Part shown: positions 47,483 to 57,257 of the stretch, piece after piece
How the letters are laid out: each line of letters opens with the position of its first letter
Numbering within the stretch: the stretch's first letter is position 1
From: an uncultured virus (IMG/VR IMGVR_UViG_3300041405_000400)
Lineage: Duplodnaviria; Heunggongvirae; Uroviricota; Caudoviricetes
IMG/VR virus record: IMGVR_UViG_3300041405_000400
Reading direction: 5' to 3' (one strand)
Length of the DNA stretch: 64,000 nt
The notes under the pieces: generated by a model
What the model was told of the DNA's origin: nothing
The model's input: only the letters and a program-made list of their open reading frames with translations
Databases searched by the model: none
Program-made: the position numbers and the translations under genes

Positions 47483-48355
47483 TTAAGCAACTTCGATTTC
47501 CCCGAAAACTTCCTCCAGCTTGAATCCATCGGCATCCACCAGAGAGACATCTTTTTTCAGCACTGGCTTGGCCGCGTTGAAGATAACTTCCACCGGGTTG
47601 GCTATCGAACTGAACTTCGGCATGTCGATCACATCGATCTTCGAGCGAATAATCGCCAATTCCGGATTGCTGCGTGCCATGTGCTTCTCCGGTAGCTTTT
47701 CTAGCTCCTCGACCGTGAACGGTTTGGAGAAGCTTGTGCGTTGCACATAGGTGCCACGTTTGAAGCTCACTGGGTAGTCGTTCCAATTGATGCCGTTTTG
47801 GAACAGCAATTCTTGTTTCTCCGCGCCATTTTTGCCTTTCAGCTGGCTCGTGGTATAGAAACCAGAAGCAGCCATGGTGATGCTGTTTTTGGTAGCATCC
47901 CACTCGCGCCACAATACCGAGTTAGCCGCTTCAATTGCGGTTGGAACCTGCCAGACACGGGCGTCGAAGGTCGGCAGTCGCCGGGCGTACTTTGGCATGG
48001 TGCGCAAGATTTCGTTGTAGAAACCGATAGTGGCTTGAGCCGCCAGCTGCGAAATCATTTTGGTGATTCGGGCGTTAAACCACACAGCCCGTTTTTTGGC
48101 GTGCGGGTTGAACACCAGGGTGATTTCATCACTCTGCGTATAGCCGATACAGGCGTTGGTTTCCTTGACCAGAAACTTGGTGGTTTCGATCATCGCATTT
48201 GTCATCAACTGATCAAATGGTCGGCCCATGCCTTTGGTGAATTTGCTGAAACCACGACCGTCTACACGGGCAATGATCGGAATGCCCGGCATAAATTTAC
48301 GAGCAGCTTCAAGCCCTTCGTATTCCTTCATCCGGTCGCCAAGTGCGTCGTTCAT
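47483..48355 (-). CDS. Thg1-like tRNA(His) guanylyltransferase / 3'-5' polymerase
   Basis: LGDRMKEYE, RVDGRGFSKFT, YTQSDEITL, FDARVW, WREWDATKNSI, GINWND. Confidence 0.95.
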   Translation of the reverse strand: MNDALGDRMKEYEGLEAARKFMPGIPIIARVDGRGFSKFTKGMGRPFDQLMTNAMIETTKFLVKETNACIGYTQSDEITLVFNPHAKKRAVWFNARITKMISQLAAQATIGFYNEILRTMPKYARRLPTFDARVWQVPTAIEAANSVLWREWDATKNSITMAASGFYTTSQLKGKNGAEKQELLFQNGINWNDYPVSFKRGTYVQRTSFSKPFTVEELEKLPEKHMARSNPELAIIRSKIDVIDMPKFSSIANPVEVIFNAAKPVLKKDVSLVDADGFKLEEVFGEIEVA

Positions 48356-48413
48356 TCTATTGCTCCACGATATTTGATAATTGGCTGATCACTTCAGATC
48401 AGCTCAGAGTAAT

Positions 48414-48923
48414 TCAGGCGCTGGCCTGTTCAGCCTTCTGAGTCAGCTCATGCAGACGACCTTCACGCTTGAGCATTCGAATATGGCTTTTCGACACACC
48501 AAAACGTTCTTTCAATTCGTCAACAGTGCCTTCCGGCGCCGGTTTATTCATTTCACGCACTGCCGCTGCCGTTTTGGCTAGATCGCGAGCTTTCTGCGCT
48601 TTGCTCAGCTGTTGCTGGTGACGCTCTTCATTTTTGAGGTCGCTAGCACCCATATTGAACAGCGATTGAAGCTCGCGTCGATACATGCCCTTCAGGCGCT
48701 CCAGCATCCCGACAATCTCGCTGTCTTGCAGGTCTGACTCGTACTCTGGCAGTTTTCCGTAATGCTTGTGGTAAAGGAAAACTGAAATATCCTTGTCCAT
48801 CTGCCCCATGAGGAGCATCGGGACGTTGCTCATATTAATTGAGCCCATCAGTGCGGCGCCCATATAGGCTGTCGCCAGGGTCACGTCGAGTTTAATCGGA
48901 TCGGCCATCGATGTTGCCCTCAA
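48414..48923 (-). CDS. hypothetical protein with possible C-terminal HTH
   Basis: TVDELKERFGVSKSHIRMLKREG. Confidence 0.7.
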   Translation of the reverse strand: MRATSMADPIKLDVTLATAYMGAALMGSINMSNVPMLLMGQMDKDISVFLYHKHYGKLPEYESDLQDSEIVGMLERLKGMYRRELQSLFNMGASDLKNEERHQQQLSKAQKARDLAKTAAAVREMNKPAPEGTVDELKERFGVSKSHIRMLKREGRLHELTQKAEQASA

Positions 48924-48925
48924 AA

Positions 48926-49360
48926 TTAGTCGTTAATCAGGAATCGCTCTATCAATGGCGCAATAATGAGAGCGGCCACAACAGATGCAAAAAAGACCGG
49001 TAGGAAGAAAAACAACAGGTTCTGTCTTCCTGTTTGTTTCATGTCAAAAGGCCGGACATACACCACGCGCTTTTCACCAACGACCGCTGACGCGAAGGTG
49101 CCCACTGGCACCTCTCGGTCGAAGAGAATCTTCTCTTCGGCATTCCAGTACGAGATCATTGGGCGGTCGTGGCTTTTCCTCGACTTCGCAGCCAGGATCA
49201 TCTTGGCGTCCACAGTGACGTTTACATCACGTGGTGTCATGTAATCATTACTCAGATACAACGCGGCAAGCGGCGCCAAAACGAGCAATACTACGGCCCA
49301 ATAGAGCGGGCACTTGTATTGGCGGATCTTGGCTGTCAGCTTTTGCACTGAAACTGTCAT
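48926..49360 (-). CDS. two-TM membrane protein
   Basis: N- and C-terminal hydrophobic helices. Confidence 0.72.
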   Translation of the reverse strand: MTVSVQKLTAKIRQYKCPLYWAVVLLVLAPLAALYLSNDYMTPRDVNVTVDAKMILAAKSRKSHDRPMISYWNAEEKILFDREVPVGTFASAVVGEKRVVYVRPFDMKQTGRQNLLFFFLPVFFASVVAALIIAPLIERFLIND

Positions 49361-49743
49361 GCTTTGCCTGCGTTCGGGTTTGCCGAGTAATTGATGATCG
49401 GATTACGCATTACCATTTGAAGGTTTTGGTAGTGACTGATCCATTCGGCGGCGACGTTGTTCAGCTCATTCGTCAGCATCGCTACGGCCTCTTCCACACG
49501 CGACTCCTCGCAATAGGTGAAGCGCATCAGGTGTTTGGTGTCCTCGCACAGCGAATGTGCGGCCATGGCCGTTTCATGTTTGATGTGGGCGTTGTTCCAC
49601 ATCAAGACGTAGTGCGCATCGGTTCGCCGGGCAAAATACGGCTGCACACTGATCACGAAATCCTCGCTGCCATTTTCCCCAGGCGTAGCCGAGACGTAGC
49701 AGAGGACGACAGGAAAGTCTTCGCGGTTCTTCTTGGCAGTCAT
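49357..49743 (-). CDS. hypothetical protein
   Basis: First gene after the promoter; coupled to the next gene. Confidence 0.72.
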   Translation of the reverse strand: MTAKKNREDFPVVLCYVSATPGENGSEDFVISVQPYFARRTDAHYVLMWNNAHIKHETAMAAHSLCEDTKHLMRFTYCEESRVEEAVAMLTNELNNVAAEWISHYQNLQMVMRNPIINYSANPNAGKA

Positions 49744-49776
49744 GACGCTCGCTCACAATCGATTCTTTATTCGATT

Positions 49777-49815
49777 ATTATACTAGTGTCACGACGTATT
49801 GTCAATGCATTTGAC
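49777..49815 (-). promoter_or_regulatory. sigma70 promoter with palindrome
   Basis: TTGACA-N17-TATAAT; GTCAATGCATTTGAC at 49801-49815. Confidence 0.88.
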
Positions 49816-49826
49816 TTCTCTGGCAG

Positions 49827-50270
49827 CTATTCTGCCTTGAGCAGTTGAACGCTCACAAACGGGATATCATCGCCTCTGTGGCATGTGTTTTCGCCACTAT
49901 CGCTAATGATTTGCGCGAAATTTTTGCAGAAATCTTCTGCTCGCCGCTGGATTTCCAGCAATTGCTCTTCAGATGGCGCAGTTTCAACCAAAAATTCCAC
50001 AGAACTGTGCATTCGGAATTCAGTGCTGTACCGTATCGCCACTTTGCGTTGATCGACGTATTCGTCACGCGTGTAGGGTACATCCAGCAGGTTGTCCTCC
50101 CACCATTCCAGGAGCTTGTTACTTTGATTGAATTTTTTTCTGATGCCCGCGCCATACCAGATGTCATCAGAGATGCCGGTGATGTAGGCACAGATATGGC
50201 GTTCAAAATTGCCGGTATAGGCACCTGTATTGACCACTACCAAATGGTTTTCCATATCATTATCTCTCAT
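49827..50270 (-). CDS. phage-type hypothetical protein
   Basis: NTGAYTGNFERHICAYITG block. Confidence 0.75.
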   Translation of the reverse strand: MRDNDMENHLVVVNTGAYTGNFERHICAYITGISDDIWYGAGIRKKFNQSNKLLEWWEDNLLDVPYTRDEYVDQRKVAIRYSTEFRMHSSVEFLVETAPSEEQLLEIQRRAEDFCKNFAQIISDSGENTCHRGDDIPFVSVQLLKAE

Positions 50271-50301
50271 TTTCAGTTTAGCTAAAATGCTGAATTTATA
50301 G

Positions 50302-50490
50302 AAAAAAACGAAACCACCGTTTCCGATGATTCCGTTTTAGTCTTGGTTTGCCCGCTGCGTTATCAGTACCCCTAGGTGCGCTATAACCGGCATCGCTGAC
50401 GGCACTGGTCTTCGCGGTAAAGATAGAACCACACTAGCCTCATCGGTGTTCCATTTAAGGAATTCAGCGATCAGGACGGCTCAAAGCAAG
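50302..50490 (-). ncRNA. structured ncRNA-3 or attenuator leader (~190 nt)
   Basis: Promoter at 50497-50525; terminator at 50302-50338; 5'/3' closing helix and ATCGCTGA/TCAGCGAT stem; no ORF. Confidence 0.6.
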
Positions 50491-50496
50491 GATTAC

Positions 50497-50535
50497 ACTA
50501 TGGCAACAACATTCCGTTTTGTCAATATTATTGAA
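50497..50535 (-). promoter_or_regulatory. sigma70 promoter with near-palindrome
   Basis: TTGACA-N17-CATAGT; GTCAATATTATTGAA. Confidence 0.72.
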
Positions 50536-51211
50536 TGGCCATATTTTCGGTCGTGTGAATCTGAGAAATGGTCCCGAAAAGCCGCATATCAATGGCCAGC
50601 GCCTCAGCATGAGCCTCCATGATCTCCATTTGGATCATTACAGTGTACAGACTCGACAAGGCGACGGTCAGGGCGCCCTGGATGTCGCCGAACCGGTCGG
50701 TGAAGACGGTGCCGTGCGACAAATCAGAGAACGTGCCGCGTACAGTAGAGATGCTGTCACGCACGGCGCAGATCAACTTGCTCGACGGAGTGTCCATGTC
50801 CACACCTTGCCAAGGATCAACCGTGGCGTTGTCGGCCATGACCTGCCTTTCCTCGCGGGTAAAGGCTTTGTCAGGCAGTATCACCGGCTCGTATGGCGAT
50901 GGCCCTGTGTCTCGGCAGTGCTGCTCGTAACGCTCTAGCTCTACCATCATGTTGTCCAGGCTCATAATGCCGCAAGTCATCAGGCCCACGTGAGGCTCAA
51001 GACGTTGCGTCAGCAGAGGGTTCAACTCCCGAAGAACATTCAGTTTGCTACGGATTTTTACAATGCTGATTATTCCGTCTTGAACCAAGTGGCTCACGGG
51101 TTTTGAGAAATCAGTGCCCCAAATCGGGCGTTTTTTGTAGTTGATGCGATCTTGCCACTGACCTTCCGAAGTGGGTTTACCGCAGCAATCACACTTGAGT
51201 TGCTTTGACAT
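50528..51211 (-). CDS. hypothetical protein
   Basis: 227-aa ORF; AAGGA RBS. Confidence 0.72.
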   Translation of the reverse strand: MSKQLKCDCCGKPTSEGQWQDRINYKKRPIWGTDFSKPVSHLVQDGIISIVKIRSKLNVLRELNPLLTQRLEPHVGLMTCGIMSLDNMMVELERYEQHCRDTGPSPYEPVILPDKAFTREERQVMADNATVDPWQGVDMDTPSSKLICAVRDSISTVRGTFSDLSHGTVFTDRFGDIQGALTVALSSLYTVMIQMEIMEAHAEALAIDMRLFGTISQIHTTENMAIQ

Positions 51212-51280
51212 GACAATTCCTTGAGAAAAGTGCGTTGAGACCTGCCTATTTGTAATCGGTAAGCCTCAGAAAAATGGCAT

Positions 51281-51658
51281 TTAGTCGTCTGAGTCTTCGT
51301 TGGGACGCACGGTGAGCATTGGCTCCACGTCGAAGCTGGCAAGCATTTTGGCATAGCTGGCAGCCAGATTTTCGGCCTGCTTCTTAGCGCCAGCCAGAAC
51401 GTAGGCTTTTGCTGCTTCAAGCTGATCTTCCGTGCAGTGAACATACCGCGAAATGGAAAACTCATTCTGATCGGATTGCAGCAACATCAAGGAGTTGAGC
51501 TTGATTCGCTCGCCAGAAAACTTGATGTAGTTGCTTGCAGTTTGCTTGACCTGAAAGCTCTTCACGGTGAGCCGTGGACACTTGTCATCGGACATGACGT
51601 TGACCGACACACGGTACAGCGTCAGTGGACATTCTTTCAGGATTTGTTCATTGATCAT
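51281..51658 (-). CDS. hypothetical protein
   Basis: First gene after the promoter. Confidence 0.72.
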   Translation of the reverse strand: MINEQILKECPLTLYRVSVNVMSDDKCPRLTVKSFQVKQTASNYIKFSGERIKLNSLMLLQSDQNEFSISRYVHCTEDQLEAAKAYVLAGAKKQAENLAASYAKMLASFDVEPMLTVRPNEDSDD

Positions 51659-51692
51659 CTGGGCGTCTCGATGAATGAATATTTATTGGGTG

Positions 51693-51731
51693 ATTATACT
51701 GATCAAGCACCCAGATGTCAATCACGCTGAC
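51693..51731 (-). promoter_or_regulatory. sigma70 promoter with palindrome
   Basis: TTGACA-N17-TATAAT; GTCAATCACGCTGAC at 51717-51731. Confidence 0.88.
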
Positions 51732-51732
51732 A

Positions 51733-52272
51733 TCAAGAGTCCATGAATGCTTTGGATTCTTTAACGCTGCACAAATCCATGATCGGGCCTTGCATCGACG
51801 ATGGTCTGGTCAGCGAAATCCTTGCGCGCCCCTCAAAGCCGTTGTGCTCATCGGCCCGCTCAAACCATGCGTAACCCTGGATGACTGGATTAAACGCCTC
51901 AGAGCGGCTTTTGGCGACGGGGGCGTCGATTTTCTGCGTGATGTTCTGGCTGGTGAGAAATTCTTGAGCACGGCGAGCCCAATTTTGCTGTTCTGGTCGT
52001 GTCGGCTCCCGGAATTTACCGTCTTCCTGTTGCATCATGGTCACGGCCATCTCCTGCAAAAGCGCCATTGCTCCCAAATACGCATCTTCCTTGGCCTCAT
52101 GCTCATCTTCTGTCACCAGTCGCGCTTGCACGACGCGGCTGCCAAGGTCTTTAAGATTTTCCCAGCCTGGAACCTCTTGCATGCTTTCTTCAACAGCATC
52201 CATGGTGCTTTTGCAGGTGTATGGCAAAAGCTCGCCAAGATCGTTCACAACAGCGGCGCAGAGTTTATTCAT
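51733..52272 (-). CDS. hypothetical protein
   Basis: GAGGA RBS; 179 aa. Confidence 0.72.
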   Translation of the reverse strand: MNKLCAAVVNDLGELLPYTCKSTMDAVEESMQEVPGWENLKDLGSRVVQARLVTEDEHEAKEDAYLGAMALLQEMAVTMMQQEDGKFREPTRPEQQNWARRAQEFLTSQNITQKIDAPVAKSRSEAFNPVIQGYAWFERADEHNGFEGRARISLTRPSSMQGPIMDLCSVKESKAFMDS

Positions 52273-52326
52273 AATATCCTCAAATATGGAAAGCGCCCTC
52301 TTGGGCGCTTTATGTTAGCTCTTATT

Positions 52327-53496
52327 TTATAGGCCCATGAAGCAGAGCATTATGAAGGTCATAAAGAGCACAAAGTGCGTCATACCTTCGATGGCATTCG
52401 TTTCGCCATCACTAACGTTCATGCCTGCTACTACCAAGGTTACAGCGAGCATCAGCCCTTGAGCGGGACTAAGCGCCATATTAATATCTTGATTATTGAT
52501 AAGTGCAATAACCTCAATAACCGGCACTGTTAGGATGACTGTACACAGGGATGCACCGAGTGCCAAGTTTATCACGACTTGAAATTGGTTTTTCATTGCT
52601 GCACGCATGGCGGTCAACAACTCAGGACTGGCGGAGATACCTGCAACGACCAGAGCAGAAACAATAGGAGGCAGGCCTGTTCCTTCAATACTAACACCCA
52701 TTGTTTTGGCCATTATTTCTGCAAGAACGCCTGTCCAAATTACACCCACTCCGATCATGAATATTGAAAGTTTTGTACTTTCGTACTCGGAATCATCAGG
52801 ACTATCTTCGATTTTTTCGCCAATGAATTTTGCATGCTCTGCTCGTTTCTTTGCCTCATGTTTTTCATAGCTGTAATGAAAGAAATAGCTATGTTCTTTT
52901 GTTTGGAGCCTTAGAAATAGGGCATACAGCAAGACCATCGTACAGATAGTGAATACTGAATATGCCTTCCATTGACCGCCTGGAATGAATGCTGGAACAG
53001 CCATTGAAACTGTAACTGCGGTAATAATCATGACAACGTAAACACGACCGGAATCATGGTTATAGATTTGTTCTCCATGTTTAAGCCCGCCAACTAGCGC
53101 TGCAATACCCATGAGAGCATTCGTATCCACCATCACCGCTGAAAAAATAACATCGCGAGCCAACGTAGGTGATGGAGAATGCTGCATAACGATTGCCAAA
53201 ATGACAACTTCGACCAGCACTGCGGCAAGGGTCAAAATCATGGTTCCGTAGGGGTCTCCTACTTTTTCAGCAAGCACTTCGGCGTGGTGTGCAATCCGAA
53301 CTGGTGTAGCAATAATCGCGCCGACCAAGACGATTGTAGCTATCCCCGAAAATACCTTTCCATGGCTGATCAGCATATGCTCCATCGGATATGCGATCAG
53401 TGCCAATAGCGCGGATAGAATAATCAACTTCTCATTGATGATTCGTTGATAAATCGATGGTGCTACCCCCAGGATAGGGGTGTTGGCGGTATGCAT
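52327..53496 (-). CDS. chaA: Ca2+/H+ antiporter (CaCA family)
   Basis: About 11 TM segments; HAEVLAEKVGDPYGTMILTLAAVLVEV, LVGGLKHGEQ, SPE, NLALGA, GETNAIEG. Confidence 0.93.
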   Translation of the reverse strand: MHTANTPILGVAPSIYQRIINEKLIILSALLALIAYPMEHMLISHGKVFSGIATIVLVGAIIATPVRIAHHAEVLAEKVGDPYGTMILTLAAVLVEVVILAIVMQHSPSPTLARDVIFSAVMVDTNALMGIAALVGGLKHGEQIYNHDSGRVYVVMIITAVTVSMAVPAFIPGGQWKAYSVFTICTMVLLYALFLRLQTKEHSYFFHYSYEKHEAKKRAEHAKFIGEKIEDSPDDSEYESTKLSIFMIGVGVIWTGVLAEIMAKTMGVSIEGTGLPPIVSALVVAGISASPELLTAMRAAMKNQFQVVINLALGASLCTVILTVPVIEVIALINNQDINMALSPAQGLMLAVTLVVAGMNVSDGETNAIEGMTHFVLFMTFIMLCFMGL

Positions 53497-53519
53497 TTTA
53501 TGTCCTTTGTGTTGGATGC

Positions 53520-54560
53520 TTACTTGGATTTTGTGTTTTCGTATGCGGTTTTGATGTCTGCAACAATCGTGTCTTGATCGGTGTTCATGACATAGCCTTC
53601 AAATTCACTCTTTGAAGCAAATCGCGCTTTGAATTGGGTGATGAAATCACCCAGCTCCTTGCGCTCATAGCCAGTGATCTCACTGATCAGATGGCCATTG
53701 AATTTTTGCTGGCAGTCCTTCTGGCGTTGAATATCCGAAAAGATCGCGTCAAACTCAACCCTGGCAGCCGGGAATAGCTGCCACAGGTTTTCCCTCAGCG
53801 CCTGACTGTAGGGAAACCAGTTAAAGCGCTTGTGTTTTTCCGGGTGAGCATCCACCCATTCAATGAAATTCATGTAGCCTGGGCGCTTGAGAACGCCTTT
53901 GCGGTCGGCCTCGTTCAGGCGATCAAGACTGAAGACTTTAGGGTGAAAGCCTTTCCACTCGGAGAAAAATTCGTAGATTTCTTCAAGGTTGTTGAAGCCT
54001 TGGCTCCAGCGGTCAGCATCCAGGCACAGGTACTCCAGAGCGACTTTGAAGTCTCGGGTGAGCATCACCCTTCCCAGCTTGTTAGTGCCTTGCTTGACGC
54101 TGTAGGAAAGCCCATTGATGCCGATGCTTAGGCCCATCCGCGACGTGACTCGCAACAGAATGGTCGATACGTCATTCCACGACAGGTAGCTCACCGCAAA
54201 TTGCAGTGCTTCGTCCTTTACGCAGATCAGATCAAGCTGATAGGCCTTTTCACCGTCGAGCAGTACGCAGTTCGCCATATTGCCGAATTTGCGAAACTCG
54301 ATCTTTTCAACGCCCAGCTCTTTGGCCAGACGATTCACCAGCTTGTCCAGATTGCCACCAAAGCTGTCATGCGGCACTACGACATCGATATCGCCGTGGT
54401 CAGTCTTGTCCCGGCAGCTTGGCACCAGCACCGCTGATTCGGTAGAACCCAAAGACTTCAGGGCCGCGTTGATGGCCTCCAGCGCCTGAGTGGACACACG
54501 CTCGTACGTGGCTTGATCCAGTCGGGAAACGCCGTATTTTTGAAGTGCCTTGCCGCCCAT
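53520..54560 (-). CDS. phage/plasmid-type nucleotidyltransferase (Pol-beta fold)
   Basis: MGGKAL, KTDHGDIDVV, YQLDLI, C-terminal KFNGHLI..TG..G domain; promoter TTGACA-N16-TATAAT at 54593-54620. Confidence 0.8.
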   Translation of the reverse strand: MGGKALQKYGVSRLDQATYERVSTQALEAINAALKSLGSTESAVLVPSCRDKTDHGDIDVVVPHDSFGGNLDKLVNRLAKELGVEKIEFRKFGNMANCVLLDGEKAYQLDLICVKDEALQFAVSYLSWNDVSTILLRVTSRMGLSIGINGLSYSVKQGTNKLGRVMLTRDFKVALEYLCLDADRWSQGFNNLEEIYEFFSEWKGFHPKVFSLDRLNEADRKGVLKRPGYMNFIEWVDAHPEKHKRFNWFPYSQALRENLWQLFPAARVEFDAIFSDIQRQKDCQQKFNGHLISEITGYERKELGDFITQFKARFASKSEFEGYVMNTDQDTIVADIKTAYENTKSK

Positions 54561-54733
54561 TGGGTGACTCCGAATGCTTGATTTAGTCTGCTATTATACC
54601 CCTCCATCATTTTTTGTCAATGCCAAAAACATAATGAATGGGCTGTCAGCGAGCATTTCAAATCAGGAGTTGTCTTTGAATGGGCACATTGAGCAATGTA
54701 CCCCTGTATTCAGCGCTGCCTTTATGATTCCGA

Positions 54734-55840
54734 TCAATCAAACGCCCCGGCGCGATAGAGTCTTTCCAAATTATGGGCTGACCTAAGGTGCTTCTCCGTG
54801 CGATTCAAGAAGCTGCTGATGGAACCATTTCTCAGTGAAAAGCAGCAGTCTGGCCGCACATGACGCTGGGTAAGCATGCTGGTTGAGGTGGTGGTAATCA
54901 ACACCTGGGCAGTTGACTCAAGCGCACGCTGAAAAGTAGACCCAGAGGCTAGATGATGAAGACCATCCATGTCATCGATGAAGATGAACGATGCCTGCTT
55001 GCGCTCTGACTCAGCTGTCTTCATCCAGAAAAAGAAGGTGATCAGCGTCCTTACCCCAACTGACGTGTTGCGCAGCAAATTCATGGTTTGGTTGCCGATT
55101 CGCTGCCCTATGAATGCTTCGCCGTCCAAATTTTCTGCGGTCAAGCGGTAGCTCAGCCCGCACTCACCCAGGAACGAGACTAGCTCATCGAGCCAGCCAT
55201 TTTTCAGGATAGCGGCGCCAAGGTCTCTTTTCCCCTGGGTAAACCCAATGTAAGAATTGACATCGACCGCGCTGAAATACAGCATATTTTCTACGGAGCT
55301 GATAAATTTCTTAAAGCATTCATTCGCTGGGTTTTTTTCGAGCAGCGAGTTTTTGTGAATGTATGAGGCGATTGAAATGGTAGAGCTGGAAAGATCTCGC
55401 TTCAAGTGCTCGGCACCATCTGCGAGGATGGTGGCGTTTCCACCAAAACGGCGATCAACTTCCGCGTAAAGGCCCCCATCGATTATTATGCGTTCGTACA
55501 CGAGATCTCCTGATGCTGAACGAGCGTACGCATAGGTCAGATCCTGGTGATCAAATCGGAATTGATAGGTGAATTCCATCATCTCAGTCCCACTGCCGAG
55601 GCTCATGTCAGAATCGTGGCTGCCAATTACGTGACTATTCGTAAGGTGGCGAGTCAGGTCGAAAATCGCCATTCCCAAAGCGGTTTTTCCTGCACCTGAG
55701 TTGGCGAGGACAATGCCAGTCTTCACCAGCCGATTCGTAACCGACGCCTCGCTGAAATCTTGGCGACCCACAGCGCCGAAGTCCAAAAACAACATTTCAT
55801 CAAAGCATCGAAATCCGGTCACGCTGAAATAATGGAGCAT
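54734..55840 (-). CDS. AAA_21/RloA-like ABC-type ATPase (divergent)
   Basis: GFRCF, ANSGAGKT, SVG, IFIDDMD, QVLITTTS, RPD, NLERLYRAGAF. Confidence 0.8.
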   Translation of the reverse strand: MLHYFSVTGFRCFDEMLFLDFGAVGRQDFSEASVTNRLVKTGIVLANSGAGKTALGMAIFDLTRHLTNSHVIGSHDSDMSLGSGTEMMEFTYQFRFDHQDLTYAYARSASGDLVYERIIIDGGLYAEVDRRFGGNATILADGAEHLKRDLSSSTISIASYIHKNSLLEKNPANECFKKFISSVENMLYFSAVDVNSYIGFTQGKRDLGAAILKNGWLDELVSFLGECGLSYRLTAENLDGEAFIGQRIGNQTMNLLRNTSVGVRTLITFFFWMKTAESERKQASFIFIDDMDGLHHLASGSTFQRALESTAQVLITTTSTSMLTQRHVRPDCCFSLRNGSISSFLNRTEKHLRSAHNLERLYRAGAFD

Positions 55841-55884
55841 AGCTAGATTCTCAAGATTTTATGGCATTCAAAAAGTGTTGCCTT

Positions 55885-55924
55885 ATGGTACGCATCCAAA
55901 TGACACATTGTCAATGTTATTGAC
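55885..55924 (-). promoter_or_regulatory. sigma70 promoter with palindrome
   Basis: TTGACA-N18-TACCAT; GTCAATGTTATTGAC at 55910-55924. Confidence 0.8.
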
Positions 55925-55963
55925 TGCATTTGAACTCTAGGTTTTTGGAAGGCTGCTGCTGAC

Positions 55964-56767
55964 TCAGGGCTTCCCAGCTCCGTTAATGTAGGTGTCGTAA
56001 GCTGCCAGAAACCCAGGTCGATACTCGGCAACATCGCCTTGTAGGTGGTCTTCAATTGTATCTTGTATCTTGGCATTCCAAAGCATATCGCGATAAGCAT
56101 TGGAAAATTCATAGGCCAAAAACATTCTATTCACACATTTGAATTTTTCAATGTCGTAGATCAATTCGCCAACGCTGGTGATATGGGTGATCGCCACCCT
56201 ATTCCCGTTGATAAGTTCAATGGTTCGAGGCTTAGTTAGCTTCCCAATTTGCAGCCTAACAGGTCTATGCATTTCTTCTTCAGAAAACTCATAACCCCAA
56301 TCATAACGTTGGCCGCTTTTGCTTTTAATTTTATTTATTTCAGAAAATTTGAAGTTCTTTTCAGTTCGTTCCATACCATCAATATCAAACCTGAAGTACT
56401 TCGAGTTATGTTGCTTCTTCTCTACCCAAAATAGTCGATTCACAAGCTCTGCCAAAACAGTTTCATTCCGGTAATTTTTGACATGTTCTACAGTGTCAAA
56501 ATCCGTTAGAAATTCAACCGTGTGCCGTGGATTGTTGAGCCATTCGTTGGTGGGAGTGGTAATCGTTCGGGCATCTACAGGCGAATAGCTACCGGCTTGA
56601 TTGGTCTCAAAACTTAGAATGATCCCGTCTAGTCCGTTATTCTGATAGACATCGTTTTTCTCGGAAGTGTACCAAGTCACCGTTTTTTTGAATGGGTTAC
56701 CATCCTTAAGACTTGTGACTTTAATGGTCGTTGCTGGAGGAATGTCACGTACGTCTGAAATTTTCAT
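55964..56767 (-). CDS. hypothetical protein
   Basis: 267-aa ORF, AT-richer than its neighbours. Confidence 0.75.
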   Translation of the reverse strand: MKISDVRDIPPATTIKVTSLKDGNPFKKTVTWYTSEKNDVYQNNGLDGIILSFETNQAGSYSPVDARTITTPTNEWLNNPRHTVEFLTDFDTVEHVKNYRNETVLAELVNRLFWVEKKQHNSKYFRFDIDGMERTEKNFKFSEINKIKSKSGQRYDWGYEFSEEEMHRPVRLQIGKLTKPRTIELINGNRVAITHITSVGELIYDIEKFKCVNRMFLAYEFSNAYRDMLWNAKIQDTIEDHLQGDVAEYRPGFLAAYDTYINGAGKP

Positions 56768-57065
56768 TGGCGATCCCTGATTAGCAGAAGGGTGCTATCG
56801 ATGGAATATCGAAATGGATTGGACTGTCAGACGATGGGCTGCCGGTGCTTTTCTTCTTATCTGACTTTTTCTTCTGGTTTTTTTCGGAGGCGATTTTGCT
56901 CGACGTGGTGTTGGTGTAATTGCTTGAAGTGCCAGATGGTTCAGGTACATCAAAACCGAAATCAATTTCCATGGTTTGTCTCACTGTGTTATTAGGAATT
57001 CATGTGATTGGGCATGAGTAACGGAGGGCGCAACAATTAATTATTGTGAGCCCCAATACGTGGAC

Positions 57066-57257
57066 TCAGGCATTATCTTTGGATGGGTATTGCTTGTTGA
57101 AGGCGGCAATCATCGCCTCACTGCCCTTCTCAGCTAGCAATTTTCTCGCCCCCAACAAAACTGGATCATCATCCTGGACGACAGAAGGGATCTCAAGCAC
57201 GGTGTAAGGCCCGCGTTGTACGGCCTTGATCATTGCTTTTGGTTCATTATTTTCCAT
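57066..57257 (-). CDS. small hypothetical protein
   Basis: Overlaps the upstream stop. Confidence 0.6.
   Translation of the reverse strand: MENNEPKAMIKAVQRGPYTVLEIPSVVQDDDPVLLGARKLLAEKGSEAMIAAFNKQYPSKDNA

Noticed and set aside
50340..50356. GGGCAAACC resembling a c-di-GMP-I riboswitch
   Set aside because: Not followed by the GAAA hairpin and GACGCAAAGC elements.
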